From the NCBI GenBank assembly GCA_965226555.1, contig CBDDDG010000002.1, forward strand, positions 1 to 64,000: DNA of 64,000 nucleotides, written 5' to 3'. This document shows, piece after piece, positions 50,550 through 60,531 of the stretch. The position numbers were made by a program, and so were the translations under genes. The notes beneath the pieces were generated by a model. That model had not been told where the DNA came from. It did no database searches and saw only the letters and a list, made by a program, of their open reading frames with translations. The stretch's first letter is position 1, and each line of letters starts with the position of its first letter. This DNA comes from Salinispira sp. (GTDB lineage Bacteria > Spirochaetota > Spirochaetia > DSM-27196 > Salinispiraceae).

Positions 50550-50606
50550 ACGAAAGTTTTGCTACTGGAAATTGTGCTTGCACAATTTTCCAAGGCAAAA
50601 CTTTGT
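50550..50606. mobile_element. 57-bp nested palindrome replacing about 70 Rpn codons
   Basis: Reverse complement matches 40649-40702; joins HDIAFK directly to IEHKS. Confidence 0.85.
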
Positions 50607-50745
50607 CTTAAACGCAATATCATGGATATTGTATCCGGCATTACTCATACATACCTCCTGTTATATCTATAACGGGTAAACTGTCATTTTTAACTATGTT
50701 TTTTGAGAAAATTTGAAAGAATTTTGCAAAATGTGTGAATTTTTT

Positions 50746-50921
50746 TCAGGGAGACAGGAATGGGGGGCTGATGTGCTCTGAGTCGATGCGCTCTATGCTC
50801 CCGTGGACAATGTTCAGCGCGAGGTCTTTGTTGAAGTATGAATGGATGAAGTCCCGGAATATCTGAGGATTTTCGAAGGCATATTTCCAGCGTGTACCAT
50901 ATCGATATATTTTTCGCTCAT
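50746..50921 (-). pseudogene. Rpn-like N-terminal stub, frameshifted
   Basis: Copy of the 40070 stub with a 7-bp deletion. Confidence 0.75.
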
Positions 50922-50995
50922 ACCATATAGACGGGTTACATATGAACGGTGAATATGAGAAATTTTTGTAATTATTTTTATTATTTTGAGATATT

Positions 50996-51095
50996 ACAAA
51001 GTTTTGCATTGAAAATTGTGCTTGCACAATTTCCAGGAGCAAAACTTTCTATGAAATAGGAGAATGCTAAGCACAAAGACAGCATTCCAAATGGG
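50996..51095. repeat. Type II element half in the opposite orientation
   Basis: ACAAAGTTTTGC..GCAAAACTTTCTA..GAGAATGCTAAGCAC..CCAAATG matches the reverse complement of 50055-50124. Confidence 0.85.
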
Positions 51096-51210
51096 ATATT
51101 AGCCTGATCCTGCCGCATGGCGAGCCGGGCGACATGAGGGCAAGAGCGAGCAGCCCCGCGCCTGCCTGAGTTGACTTGCCATTTTTCAATAACTACTGCG
51201 GGTTATGAAA

Positions 51211-52929
51211 CTACTCTACAAACCATGACGGAATCAGATCACCTGTTACGCCGGAACCTGCGAACATATTTGTTTTGATTCCGGTATATGTGCCATTGTT
51301 CCAGTTAGCATTGTTCCAGTAAACCGCAGGATCAACCGAGTTATTCCATGCCCACTTCTCAAGATCTTGATTGAATGCGCTTGCGTTCTGGAACATCGTT
51401 CTCATACTCGTTACATTACTGACATCCCAGCCGGAGATATCGCCATTGAATGAGCTTGCGTTCTGGAACACAAATCGCATATCCGTTACCGAACTGACAT
51501 CCCAACCCGAAATATCGCCATTGAATGCGCTTGAAAAAGCGAACATAGTGCTCATAGTCATTACCTTACTGACATCCCAACCGGAAATGTTGCCATTGAA
51601 TGCGGATGCAAATACGAACATCCCCGCCATATCCTCTACCGAACTGACATCCCAGCGTGAAATATCGCCATTGAATGCGCTTGCAGCATCGAACATCCGA
51701 TGCATAATCGTTACCGCGCCAGTATCCCAGAGTGAGATATCGCCATTGAATGCGGTTGCGTCCTTGAACACATTGGACATAATCGTTACTGCCGAGGTAA
51801 TAATGTAGTTGAGATCGGCAGTATTGCCCCAAGCTGTTATTCCCGCAGTTACCGCGGCGTCCAGTGCAGCGTTATCAGCAGGACTCACGGTAACGTAAAA
51901 ATACTCGGCAAACAGTATGTCTGTGCCTCCAGATTCAGTGCCATATACCAGATATGTTCCGGCTGTTGTACCCGCAGCAACCGTAACAACTCCGGTACTC
52001 GCACTAACTGCCGGAATGGTAACCCCATCGGGTGCAGTTGCGGAGGTTACCGTAATGACTCCTGATCCACTAACAGCGAGAGTGTCCGGTTGCACCGTGG
52101 TCAATGAAACGGTTGGGATCTGAGCAGCAATAATGGTCATAGCGGCAGCCGAAAGGTTTACCGTCGCTGCCGTACCCGCGGGAGTCTGTTTCGATGAAAT
52201 TATCACCAGCGTTGCCGTTGCTGGTGTAGACCAGCCGCCATTGCCCACAGCGTTAACAGCGCGCACCCGTACTTGGTAGGATGTACCGTTTGTCAGCCCG
52301 GTAATGGTGTAGCTCGTGGTACCGTCATTAATAGTGGCGATGTTATCTGTATCAGCCGTTGACCATGTGCCGGAGGCGCTTGTTCTGTGCCACACATGGT
52401 ACCCGGTAATTGCGCTGCCGCCGTTATCGGTTGGCGCAGTCCATGTGGCAATGAGCAACCCATTCCCCACTTCAAGGGTTGGAGCAGCCATGGTACCCGG
52501 CGCGGCAGGGGGCGCAGTTGACGGTGCAATAGGTGTTGCCGTGGAAGATGCCGACCAGCCGCCAGTGCCGATAGCGTTGACAGCGCGTACCTGCACGGCA
52601 TAGCTGACGCCGTTTGTCAGCTCGGTAATGGTATGGCTTGTGCCGATAATACCGGAGTTAATCCCGTCCCAGATCTCGCTGTCGACTTGTCGATAGCGCA
52701 GGTCATACGAGGTAATATCGTTGTCCGTGTTGTTCTCCTTCCACCCCCAATTCCATGTCGTAGGATCAACCCATGATGCGGTAAGTTGTCCGTTCCCTGC
52801 TTCGAGAGTTGGAACAAATATGGCAGGCGGCACTGTTATCATTGAACATCCCGAAATCAATGCAATAAAAATTGAGCAGAAAATGAAAAGGGCTACCCCC
52901 CCCCCCCAACTGTATGACGTAATTTTCAT
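51211..52929 (-). CDS. Surface lipoprotein with 2 Fn3 domains and BspA-like/DUF285 repeats
   Basis: ISGC lipobox; Fn3 motifs; 25-aa repeats [19 protein letters not shown]. Confidence 0.9.
   Translation of the reverse strand: MKITSYSWGGGVALFIFCSIFIALISGCSMITVPPAIFVPTLEAGNGQLTASWVDPTTWNWGWKENNTDNDITSYDLRYRQVDSEIWDGINSGIIGTSHTITELTNGVSYAVQVRAVNAIGTGGWSASSTATPIAPSTAPPAAPGTMAAPTLEVGNGLLIATWTAPTDNGGSAITGYHVWHRTSASGTWSTADTDNIATINDGTTSYTITGLTNGTSYQVRVRAVNAVGNGGWSTPATATLVIISSKQTPAGTAATVNLSAAAMTIIAAQIPTVSLTTVQPDTLAVSGSGVITVTSATAPDGVTIPAVSASTGVVTVAAGTTAGTYLVYGTESGGTDILFAEYFYVTVSPADNAALDAAVTAGITAWGNTADLNYIITSAVTIMSNVFKDATAFNGDISLWDTGAVTIMHRMFDAASAFNGDISRWDVSSVEDMAGMFVFASAFNGNISGWDVSKVMTMSTMFAFSSAFNGDISGWDVSSVTDMRFVFQNASSFNGDISGWDVSNVTSMRTMFQNASAFNQDLEKWAWNNSVDPAVYWNNANWNNGTYTGIKTNMFAGSGVTGDLIPSWFVE
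52896..52907. repeat. C12 homopolymer in the signal-peptide coding region
   Basis: 12 C; encodes WGGGV on the minus strand. Confidence 0.9.
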
Positions 52930-53199
52930 TATTTTGCCTCCTTCAGCTAAAATAAGTAGTAGCTGAAAGCAGTATACATGATCATACTCTTTTTTGCACG
53001 CAAAATGAGCAAAATCTCCCCAAAATATGCTGTCAAAATCCCGTCAAAAAAAATTTCTGGGAAGTTCTGTTTGCAAAAATCTCATAGTTGACAAATGTCC
53101 GTCATTCCTTTAGAATGATGTAATTGGGAATTTTTACGTGTGCCTTCGTGTATGCAAAAATTTCATACAGGTATATCTGTGAGAGGGAGAATGTGAACA

Positions 53200-53790
53200 A
53201 TGCCGATAACCTTTAAGGTGTCTCAAAAGGTTGTGTACCCAACCCATGGTGTTGGCACAGTAACTGAAATTCAAAAACGGGATTTTAATGGCAATGCCGT
53301 TCCCTACTATACCATTCATATTGAAACAAACGATATGACCATTATGATTCCCGTAGACAGGGCGGAAGATCGAGGTATTCGGGCAATTGTTTCCCAGAAA
53401 GAAGCCATGTCGGCTCTTGATCTGATGGAGGGAGAAGCTGAGGCAATTCCGTCCGACTGGAAAATGCGGTATGAGCAAAATCGTCAGCATCTCCTGAAAG
53501 GCGATGTGAAAGATGTCGCCCGGGTTATTCAGACCCTCTACAATCGATCCAAAATAAAGGAACTTCCTATTCTGGAACGGAAACTCTACGATTCTGCCAT
53601 TAAACTTTTGGTTGATGAGTTGAGTATTTCTCTGAAAAAGACCCCGATCGAGGTGGAAGAGCTTATTTTTGAACGCCTTGAATCTGAAAAGCATGTCGTT
53701 CCGCCGGAGACTGAAAAGGCGGTTCCTGTAGTAGATGATTTTGATGCCGGAGTTGATGAAGATGATTTGGAGATTAACAAGGAAGCCTGA
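53200..53790 (+). CDS. carD: CarD-family transcription factor
   Basis: FKVSQKVVYPTHGVG..IMIPV..GIR. Confidence 0.92.
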   Translation: MPITFKVSQKVVYPTHGVGTVTEIQKRDFNGNAVPYYTIHIETNDMTIMIPVDRAEDRGIRAIVSQKEAMSALDLMEGEAEAIPSDWKMRYEQNRQHLLKGDVKDVARVIQTLYNRSKIKELPILERKLYDSAIKLLVDELSISLKKTPIEVEELIFERLESEKHVVPPETEKAVPVVDDFDAGVDEDDLEINKEA

Positions 53791-53828
53791 ATTCTTTCAG
53801 GGGTTTTCTTTGGGGCTCTCGCTGGAGA

Positions 53829-54812
53829 ATGATTTTGCCTGATCCTGTACGCTGGGGAATTGTTGCTCCGGGGCATATAGCGGAGCAGTTTGCTTCGGCA
53901 ATGACGGTTGTTAAAGACTCAGAACTTCTGGCGCTGGCATCGCGCAGTAAAAAACGAGCCCGGGAATTTTCCCGCAAATTTTCAATTCCGCGCATTCATG
54001 AAACATATGAGGATCTGGCTGAGGATCCCGACATAGATGCCGTATATGTTGCATCTCCGCATCCATTCCATGCCGAACAAACTATTCTTTGTCTGAGAAA
54101 TAACACGGCTGTTCTTTGTGAGAAACCGCTCGCGGTTAATGCCGGGCAGGTACGCATGATAATAGATTCTGCTCGAAAACATAATACCTTTTTTATGGAG
54201 GCCATGTGGACCCGCTTTTTACCGATTATGAAGGCTGTTAGATCGCATGGAGATGAAATTGGAAAAATTCAGCGCGTGCATGCCGATTTTTCTTATTCAG
54301 TCGATTTTTCTGATGAACATCGGTGTATGAACCCCGAACTTGCGGGAGGATCGCTCCTAGATGTTGGGGTATATGTGTTGAATTTTGCGCGTATGTTCAC
54401 AAAGGACTGGCCTGAAGAATCGTTCAGTGCCGTCCGAATGAGCCGAACAGGGGTTGACCTTCAGGCTGTGATGATTCAGCGTTATCGCAGCGGTGCGCTT
54501 GCTCAGTTAAGCTGCGGTATACAGGTTCCGGGGCCCTGTACGGCTTCAATTTATGGGAGCAGGGGGACTATTGAGTTTCCCCGCGGTTTTCACGCAGCTC
54601 AAAGTGCTGTTATCAGGAATGATATGGGTGAGAGAGTGATAAAAAAGCCCTTTCTCAAAAATGGTTTTGAATATGAAATAGAGGAAGTAAACGCCTGTAT
54701 CCGAAAGGGTCAGCTTGAAAGTGCCGGTATGCCTTGGAGCGAATCGCTTGCCATTGTTGAGCACATGGATGCCCTTCGGGCTCAATGGGGGCTGCAATAT
54801 CCCTTTGAATAA
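53829..54812 (+). CDS. Gfo/Idh/MocA oxidoreductase
   Basis: VYVASPH, LCEKP, MEAMWTRF, GGSLLDVGVY. Confidence 0.93.
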   Translation: MILPDPVRWGIVAPGHIAEQFASAMTVVKDSELLALASRSKKRAREFSRKFSIPRIHETYEDLAEDPDIDAVYVASPHPFHAEQTILCLRNNTAVLCEKPLAVNAGQVRMIIDSARKHNTFFMEAMWTRFLPIMKAVRSHGDEIGKIQRVHADFSYSVDFSDEHRCMNPELAGGSLLDVGVYVLNFARMFTKDWPEESFSAVRMSRTGVDLQAVMIQRYRSGALAQLSCGIQVPGPCTASIYGSRGTIEFPRGFHAAQSAVIRNDMGERVIKKPFLKNGFEYEIEEVNACIRKGQLESAGMPWSESLAIVEHMDALRAQWGLQYPFE

Positions 54813-54845
54813 TACAAAATGCGAGAATGATGGCAGGAGGCAACA

Positions 54846-55322
54846 ATGAAAAAAATACCATCTTTTGTAATTGATCATAATAAGCTGCTCCGTGGAATTT
54901 ATGTTTCGAGAATAGATACTGTTGGGGATGATTGTGTTACGACCTTCGATATCCGCATGAAGGAACCAAACCGTGAACCGGTCATTGACATTCCCGCGCT
55001 TCACACAATTGAGCATTTGGGCGCGACATATCTGCGTAATGACGGGCAGTGGAAGGATGATGTTGTGTATTTCGGCCCCATGGGTTGCCGGACAGGCTGT
55101 TATCTGCTGTTGAAAGGCCGCCTCGAAAGCGGTGAAATTGTGGAGCTCGTCAAAGGTCTTTACCGTTTCATGAGTATGTATGAAGGTGATGTGCCGGGGG
55201 CGGCTGCGGTTGAGTGCGGAAATTATCTGAATCATGACCTTGTTATGGCACGGTGGGAGTCGGAAAAATTTTATCGGGAAGTGCTTGAACACATTGCTGA
55301 AAAAAATTTGGTGTATCCCTGA
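54846..55322 (+). CDS. luxS: S-ribosylhomocysteine lyase
   Basis: HTIEH, GPMGCRTG, CGNY. Confidence 0.97.
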   Translation: MKKIPSFVIDHNKLLRGIYVSRIDTVGDDCVTTFDIRMKEPNREPVIDIPALHTIEHLGATYLRNDGQWKDDVVYFGPMGCRTGCYLLLKGRLESGEIVELVKGLYRFMSMYEGDVPGAAAVECGNYLNHDLVMARWESEKFYREVLEHIAEKNLVYP

Positions 55323-55405
55323 GCCGATGGCGGCGCTGTGCGGGCGCAGTGCGATAACGCAGAGGGCAGTGCGGCGGCGGCGCGGCGGCGGCGCGGATAA
55401 AGAGA

Positions 55406-56089
55406 ATGAAAAAATATGTGTATGCCATAATTCCGTTTCTTTGTTTTGCCGGACCCTTCGCAATGAGTTTTGACAGGCGGGTGTACTTCATTCAGTACAT
55501 TCCGGCAATTCTTGTTGCCGTTTTCAGTGTGGGCGCGCTGTACATTTTCTGGGATGTCATTGTTACCCGCAGGGGGCACTGGAGTTTTAACGATGAGTTT
55601 GTCGGTTCCTTCCGTGTGCTTCATCTCCCCGTGGGAGAGTGGCTGTTTTTTCTTCTCATTCCCTATTGCTGCCTCTTTTTATTCGAGGTGGTCGCTGCCT
55701 ATTGGGGAATTGGTACCATGCTGCCGCAGCTCAGCTGGCTCCAATATGCGCTGGGGGGGCTATGCGCTATACTTGCCGTTTGGCGGCGCAGGCAGGGGTA
55801 TACCTTCATGGCTCTGTTATCGGTGGGTCTTTTTTTTACTGCCGGTGCCCTGCTGACGCCGGGAAGTATTTTTGCCCCCGGCTATATATTCACCTTTTTT
55901 CTCATTTTTCTTGTATTTTTACTTATCGATGGTATATACACCCGCCTTCCAACAATTCACTACAATGAAAATGAGATATGGAGCATTCGCCTTGGGACCA
56001 TTCCATTGGAAGATTTTCTTTATAACCTGAGCTATATCGGCATGGTGCTTACCGTGTATCTGTTCGCAAAGCAGCGTATGGGTTTCTAA
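55406..56089 (+). CDS. Membrane lycopene-cyclase-domain protein (two repeats)
   Basis: WD..G.W.F..LPVGEWLFF and IPLEDFLY. Confidence 0.8.
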   Translation: MKKYVYAIIPFLCFAGPFAMSFDRRVYFIQYIPAILVAVFSVGALYIFWDVIVTRRGHWSFNDEFVGSFRVLHLPVGEWLFFLLIPYCCLFLFEVVAAYWGIGTMLPQLSWLQYALGGLCAILAVWRRRQGYTFMALLSVGLFFTAGALLTPGSIFAPGYIFTFFLIFLVFLLIDGIYTRLPTIHYNENEIWSIRLGTIPLEDFLYNLSYIGMVLTVYLFAKQRMGF

Positions 56090-56248
56090 GGCAGATGTAT
56101 TGAGGAAATTGCGCGTTAATTTTGCGCATTCAATGCCGTGGGATGGTTGCAAGCCATTCCTGAGATGTATATAATACCCGCATATCAACGAAATATGATT
56201 TAATTCTGAGTACTATCAAAATATCAGATACATTCTAATTCTAAAAGA

Positions 56249-56288
56249 ACGTTTTGCTCCTGAAAATTTTGCTCTGCAAAAGTTTCTA
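56249..56288. repeat. Degenerate palindromic-family element
   Basis: GTTTTGCTCCTGAAAATTTTGC-TCT-GCAAAAGTTTC. Confidence 0.7.
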
Positions 56289-56322
56289 AATTGTATTTCC
56301 TGAAAAAATATCAGGAGGAATT

Positions 56323-57126
56323 ATGAAAAATTTCTTTATTATTACATTATCACTTGTTGTTCTTTTACCGCTTGCGGCGGGAGGAAACAGTGAATCGGAT
56401 ACCCTTGTTGTTGCCATGGAGCTGCAATATCCGCCGTTTGAAACGACAGATACCGCAGGCAATCCAACAGGTATTTCTGTCGACATGGCGCAGGCGCTGG
56501 GAGAATATGTGGGCAAAGATGTCGAAATTCGCAACACTGCTTGGGTTGGGCTCATTCCGTCACTTCAAAGCGGTGAGGCCGATATCGTCATTTCATCTAT
56601 GACCATTACCGAGGAACGCTCCCAAACTGTCGATTTTTCAATTCCCTACGCTCAGTCGGGTCTTACCCTTCTCATAGCGGAGGATAGTCCGGCGCAGAGT
56701 TTCAGTGATCTGAACAGCGATGGAATTGTGATTGCAGTTAAATCGGGCACAACGGGGGCAATTGTTGCTCAGAATGACCTTCCCAATGCTGAAATTCGTC
56801 AGCTTGAAGAAGTGGCAGCCTGTATACTCGAAGTTGCGCAGGGCAAGGCTGATGCCTTTATCTACGATGCTCTCACGGTCTACGAGAGTCATCTGAATCA
56901 TAAGGATACAACCCGAATCAACATTGCAAACATTCCCAACACTGCGGGCTCTTGGGGCGCCGCCGTCAAGAAAGATAATGCCGAATTGCTTAATCAGGTA
57001 AATGCCTTTATCCGTGAGTATCGGGCCAACGGAGGGTTTTCCGCTCTTGGTGAAAAATATCTTTCAGGTATTAAATCTGTTTTCGATAGTGAGGGAATTC
57101 CGTTTTTCTTCGATATTGATAGCTAA
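56323..57126 (+). CDS. Polar amino-acid ABC transporter substrate-binding protein
   Basis: YPPFE, G..VD, SSMTITEER..VDFS.PY. Confidence 0.93.
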   Translation: MKNFFIITLSLVVLLPLAAGGNSESDTLVVAMELQYPPFETTDTAGNPTGISVDMAQALGEYVGKDVEIRNTAWVGLIPSLQSGEADIVISSMTITEERSQTVDFSIPYAQSGLTLLIAEDSPAQSFSDLNSDGIVIAVKSGTTGAIVAQNDLPNAEIRQLEEVAACILEVAQGKADAFIYDALTVYESHLNHKDTTRINIANIPNTAGSWGAAVKKDNAELLNQVNAFIREYRANGGFSALGEKYLSGIKSVFDSEGIPFFFDIDS

Positions 57127-57137
57127 ATAGGACCTGC

Positions 57138-57941
57138 TTGGAGTTGAAAACAGTGGAGCCGCTCTCGTTATTTTTTACATCTGAAACATCTCAGAAGGTA
57201 ACACGATTGCAGCAGGGAATAAGCTTCCTGCTGCTTTTTGTTATTTTTTCCCTGTTTGTTGTATTCTTTTATCAGAGCCTGAATTATGAACTGCGCTGGG
57301 ATCAGGTGTGGAAGTACCGGAATCTTTTTCTGCAGGGGTTTTTCACGACAGTGTTGATATCGGCTGTGAGTATGGTGCTGAGCCTGATAATTGGTATTTT
57401 CATGGGATTAGGGCAGCGAAGCCATTTTATTCCGCTGCGGATGTTTGCCAAGTTTTACATTGAGCTGATCCGCGGAACTCCGTTGTTAGTTCAGATTCTC
57501 GTGTTTTTCTATGTTGTTGCCAATGCCTTCGGAATTACCGAACGGTATGCGGTGGGAATAATTATTATGTCGATGTTCTCGGGGGCATATACTGCTGAAA
57601 TTATCCGTTCGGGAGTAGAGGGTGTTGCCTCCAGTCAGCTGGAGTCGGCCCGTTCTGTCGGCCTGTCGCGCAGCCAGACCTACCGTTACATTATTGTTCC
57701 GCAGGTTATTACCCGAATTACTCCCCCGCTGACCGGGCAGTTTGCCAATCTTATTAAGGATTCAAGCCTCCTGTCGGTCATTGCCATTCGGGAATTTACC
57801 ATGGTTGCCCGCGAGGTAAATGCCAACACCTTTTCCACGCTGGAAAGTTACATTCCCCTTGCTATTGGGTACCTAGTGCTCACCCTTCCTATCAGCCTCG
57901 TTTCGCGCTATCTGGAACGAAATTTCAGCTATGATGTGTAG
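57138..57941 (+). CDS. Polar amino-acid ABC transporter permease
   Basis: RGTPLLVQ, AYTAEIIR, LIKDSSL. Confidence 0.93.
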   Translation: MELKTVEPLSLFFTSETSQKVTRLQQGISFLLLFVIFSLFVVFFYQSLNYELRWDQVWKYRNLFLQGFFTTVLISAVSMVLSLIIGIFMGLGQRSHFIPLRMFAKFYIELIRGTPLLVQILVFFYVVANAFGITERYAVGIIIMSMFSGAYTAEIIRSGVEGVASSQLESARSVGLSRSQTYRYIIVPQVITRITPPLTGQFANLIKDSSLLSVIAIREFTMVAREVNANTFSTLESYIPLAIGYLVLTLPISLVSRYLERNFSYDV

Positions 57942-57966
57942 CGGCCGCAGAAGGGTTTATTAGATC

Positions 57967-58209
57967 GCGCGACACCTCGAACTCCCTGACGGCCGCCTTG
58001 ATCGAATGCTCCTGGGCATACCGAACTATCCGCAACCGCCAATCATACATCGCAGCCTGATACTTCCGAGACTTGCGATGATACTGAGAATATGTGATAC
58101 TGCTGTTCACTGTTTCCCTCCTTTTATGGTTTTCATTAACCCCCAGTGTATACGAATAACCTTCGTTTTACACTGGGGAGGAGGGGTCTGTCCAAAGGTT
58201 TATTTCCCA
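57967..58209 (-). mobile_element. Truncated copy of the IS481 element (transposase 5' end)
   Basis: Near-identical to about 12232-12476, including the TIR. Confidence 0.9.
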
Positions 58210-58300
58210 ATTCGCCCGCGCCCTGCGCGTTGATGGCGCGCACCTGTAGTTGGTAGTTGGCGCCGTCTGTTGTAATGCTGTGAATTGTGTAGGGAGAGTA
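58210..58300 (-). pseudogene. Relic of an Fn3 gene
   Basis: YTIHSITTDGANYQLQVRAINAQGAGE abutting the IS end. Confidence 0.7.
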
Positions 58301-58372
58301 CGATGAGAAGGAAAAATGACAGACTTCTGCCTGCCGCATACTCACTTTGAAAGTTTCTGATATACTACGGGG

Positions 58373-59092
58373 ATGATTGTTATACTCGGTGCAATGGACA
58401 TCGAAATTACTGCCTTCCTCGAAAACATAGCAGAACCAAAAAAACACCACATCCTCCGTGACCTAACCATCCACGAAGGAAAGCTTGGAGACGCGCAGGT
58501 TGCCATTGCCAAAACCGGAGTCGGAAAAACCATGACCGCAATAAGCTGTCAGTGCATCATCGATTTTCTGAAACACAGCGGACACGCGCCCGAGTACATA
58601 CTGTTCACCGGCATTGCCGGCGCCATTAATCCGCATATGCGAATTGGCGACACCCTTGTTGCGGCCGACTGCATTCAGCACGATTTAGACACAACTGCGC
58701 TCGGCATTCCCCGAGGAACGGTTCCCGACACTGAATATCGATTTCTGAAAGCCGACGCAGCCCTTTTCGAAATTGCCATGAGCTATGAGCCGGAGGAAGG
58801 ACATGTTCACAGCGGACGCATTCTTACCGGCGATCAGTTTATTGACAATTACCATTCCGACCAATACTCCTACATGATTAATGAACTGACAGGCGATGGG
58901 GTAGAAATGGAGGGTGCTTCTGCCGCGCTCTGCGCAGCAGTGAACGGCATACCGTTTTTAATTATCCGAACAATTTCAGATAACGCTAATCAGAAAGCAC
59001 CTATGAATTTTCGTGAATTCGTACCGAAGGCAAGCTACAATAACTTCAAAGCTGTACAGCATATCATACAGCGGCTGAACATTCTTCCGTAA
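58373..59092 (+). CDS. mtnN: MTA/SAH nucleosidase
   Basis: ILGAM..E, GVGK, TGIAG, TGDQF, EMEGA, RTISD. Confidence 0.95.
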   Translation: MIVILGAMDIEITAFLENIAEPKKHHILRDLTIHEGKLGDAQVAIAKTGVGKTMTAISCQCIIDFLKHSGHAPEYILFTGIAGAINPHMRIGDTLVAADCIQHDLDTTALGIPRGTVPDTEYRFLKADAALFEIAMSYEPEEGHVHSGRILTGDQFIDNYHSDQYSYMINELTGDGVEMEGASAALCAAVNGIPFLIIRTISDNANQKAPMNFREFVPKASYNNFKAVQHIIQRLNILP

Positions 59093-59139
59093 TGAACATT
59101 ATGTACAGTTACCATATAAGCATCGACTTGATTATATAA

Positions 59140-60399
59140 TTAACCTTTGAATTTTTTCAACACAATAGTTGAATTATGCCCGCCAAATCCAAAGCTGTTG
59201 GAAAGCGCTATATCAACGTCTTTTTCACGCGCCGATGTATTGATTGTCTCCTGTTTCAATGCAACCTCGGGATCGAAGTCATCAATGTTGATGTTCGGCG
59301 GAATAATTCCGTTGTTAATAACGTTTACACAGATAATTGCCTCAAGCGCGGCAGTAGCCCCCAGTAAATGTCCGTGCATACCCTTGGTTGAACCAACCGT
59401 TACGTTCTCTTCATTACCGCCCAGAAGATTGTAGACAGCTTTGCTCTCGGCAATATCGCCAAGCGGAGTCGATGTTCCGTGCGTGTTAATATACTGAATA
59501 TCCCCGGTATGTATTTCAGCCTGCTTCACTGCCATTTCCATGGAGCGCAGGGCGCCGATCCCCTCGGGATGCGGAACAACAATATCGTATGCATCTCCGC
59601 TCATACCGACCGATAACAATTCAGCAAAAATATGCGCGCCGCGCGCCTTGGCATGTTCCAGTTCTTCCAGAACGAGTACTCCGGCACCTTCGGATATGAC
59701 AAACCCGTCTCGTCCGCGATCATAGGGCCGGCTTGCCCGCTGCGGTTCATCATTATATGCGGTGGAGAGTGCCTGCATACGGGAAAATCCGGCTACGCCA
59801 ATTTCCACAATTGAGTTCTCGGTACCGCCTGCGAGAGCGCTGTGGCAGTAGCCCTGCCTGATCATCATAAATGCGACAGCGAAGGCATGGTTCGCAGTCG
59901 CGCAGGCAGTTTGCGTAGCCATGTTCGGCCCCTGTATGCCCAATTCCATACTCACCACACCTGCGGCAATGTTTCCGATGGTGGCGGGAATGTACAGCGG
60001 ACTTACTCCCCTCATACCCCGCGCCGCAAGACTTGCTCCGTTTTTTTGCTGAGTCGGCAGGCCGCCAATACCCGAACCAATAACAACAGCAGTTCCGAAA
60101 GGATCTGCGCCGATGTTCAAGCCCGATTGCCCCAGCGCCTCTCTGCCCGCTGCCATAGCAAAATGCGTAAACTCATCGAGCCGCTTTGCCTGTCGGCGGA
60201 AATTGTCACTGTAAAATGAGGCTCCATCAAAATCCCGAACTTCACCGGCAATTTGAGAGTTAAGATCGCTTGGATCAAAGCGGGAAATACGTTGTATACC
60301 GCTTTCCCCATTTCGTATTTTCTCCCATGTATCGGAAACATTATGTCCGAGGGAATTTATCGTTCCCATACCGGTAATAACCACACGTTTTTTCATCAT
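59140..60399 (-). CDS. fabF: Beta-ketoacyl-ACP synthase II
   Basis: TACAT, HGTST, GHLLGA, SNSFGFGGHN. Confidence 0.96.
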   Translation of the reverse strand: MMKKRVVITGMGTINSLGHNVSDTWEKIRNGESGIQRISRFDPSDLNSQIAGEVRDFDGASFYSDNFRRQAKRLDEFTHFAMAAGREALGQSGLNIGADPFGTAVVIGSGIGGLPTQQKNGASLAARGMRGVSPLYIPATIGNIAAGVVSMELGIQGPNMATQTACATANHAFAVAFMMIRQGYCHSALAGGTENSIVEIGVAGFSRMQALSTAYNDEPQRASRPYDRGRDGFVISEGAGVLVLEELEHAKARGAHIFAELLSVGMSGDAYDIVVPHPEGIGALRSMEMAVKQAEIHTGDIQYINTHGTSTPLGDIAESKAVYNLLGGNEENVTVGSTKGMHGHLLGATAALEAIICVNVINNGIIPPNINIDDFDPEVALKQETINTSAREKDVDIALSNSFGFGGHNSTIVLKKFKG

Positions 60400-60531
60400 A
60401 TCGTCAATACTCCGTAGATCCGTAGAAATTAACCATTACATAAAATAATAGATTCTTGAAGATATTTCAAGATAGTTTTTAGAAATGTATTGCATGTTGA
60501 TATTTTATATTCCTTCAGATAGTATGGTGAT

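Larger units (their letters stand above)
49715..50648 (-). pseudogene. Rpn/YhgA-like nuclease, locus 3 (divergent paralogue)
   Basis: MSNAGYNIHDIAFK|palindrome|IEHKS..LWYHGEALW..NP|element|EGER MMKK..EG repeats. Confidence 0.88.
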
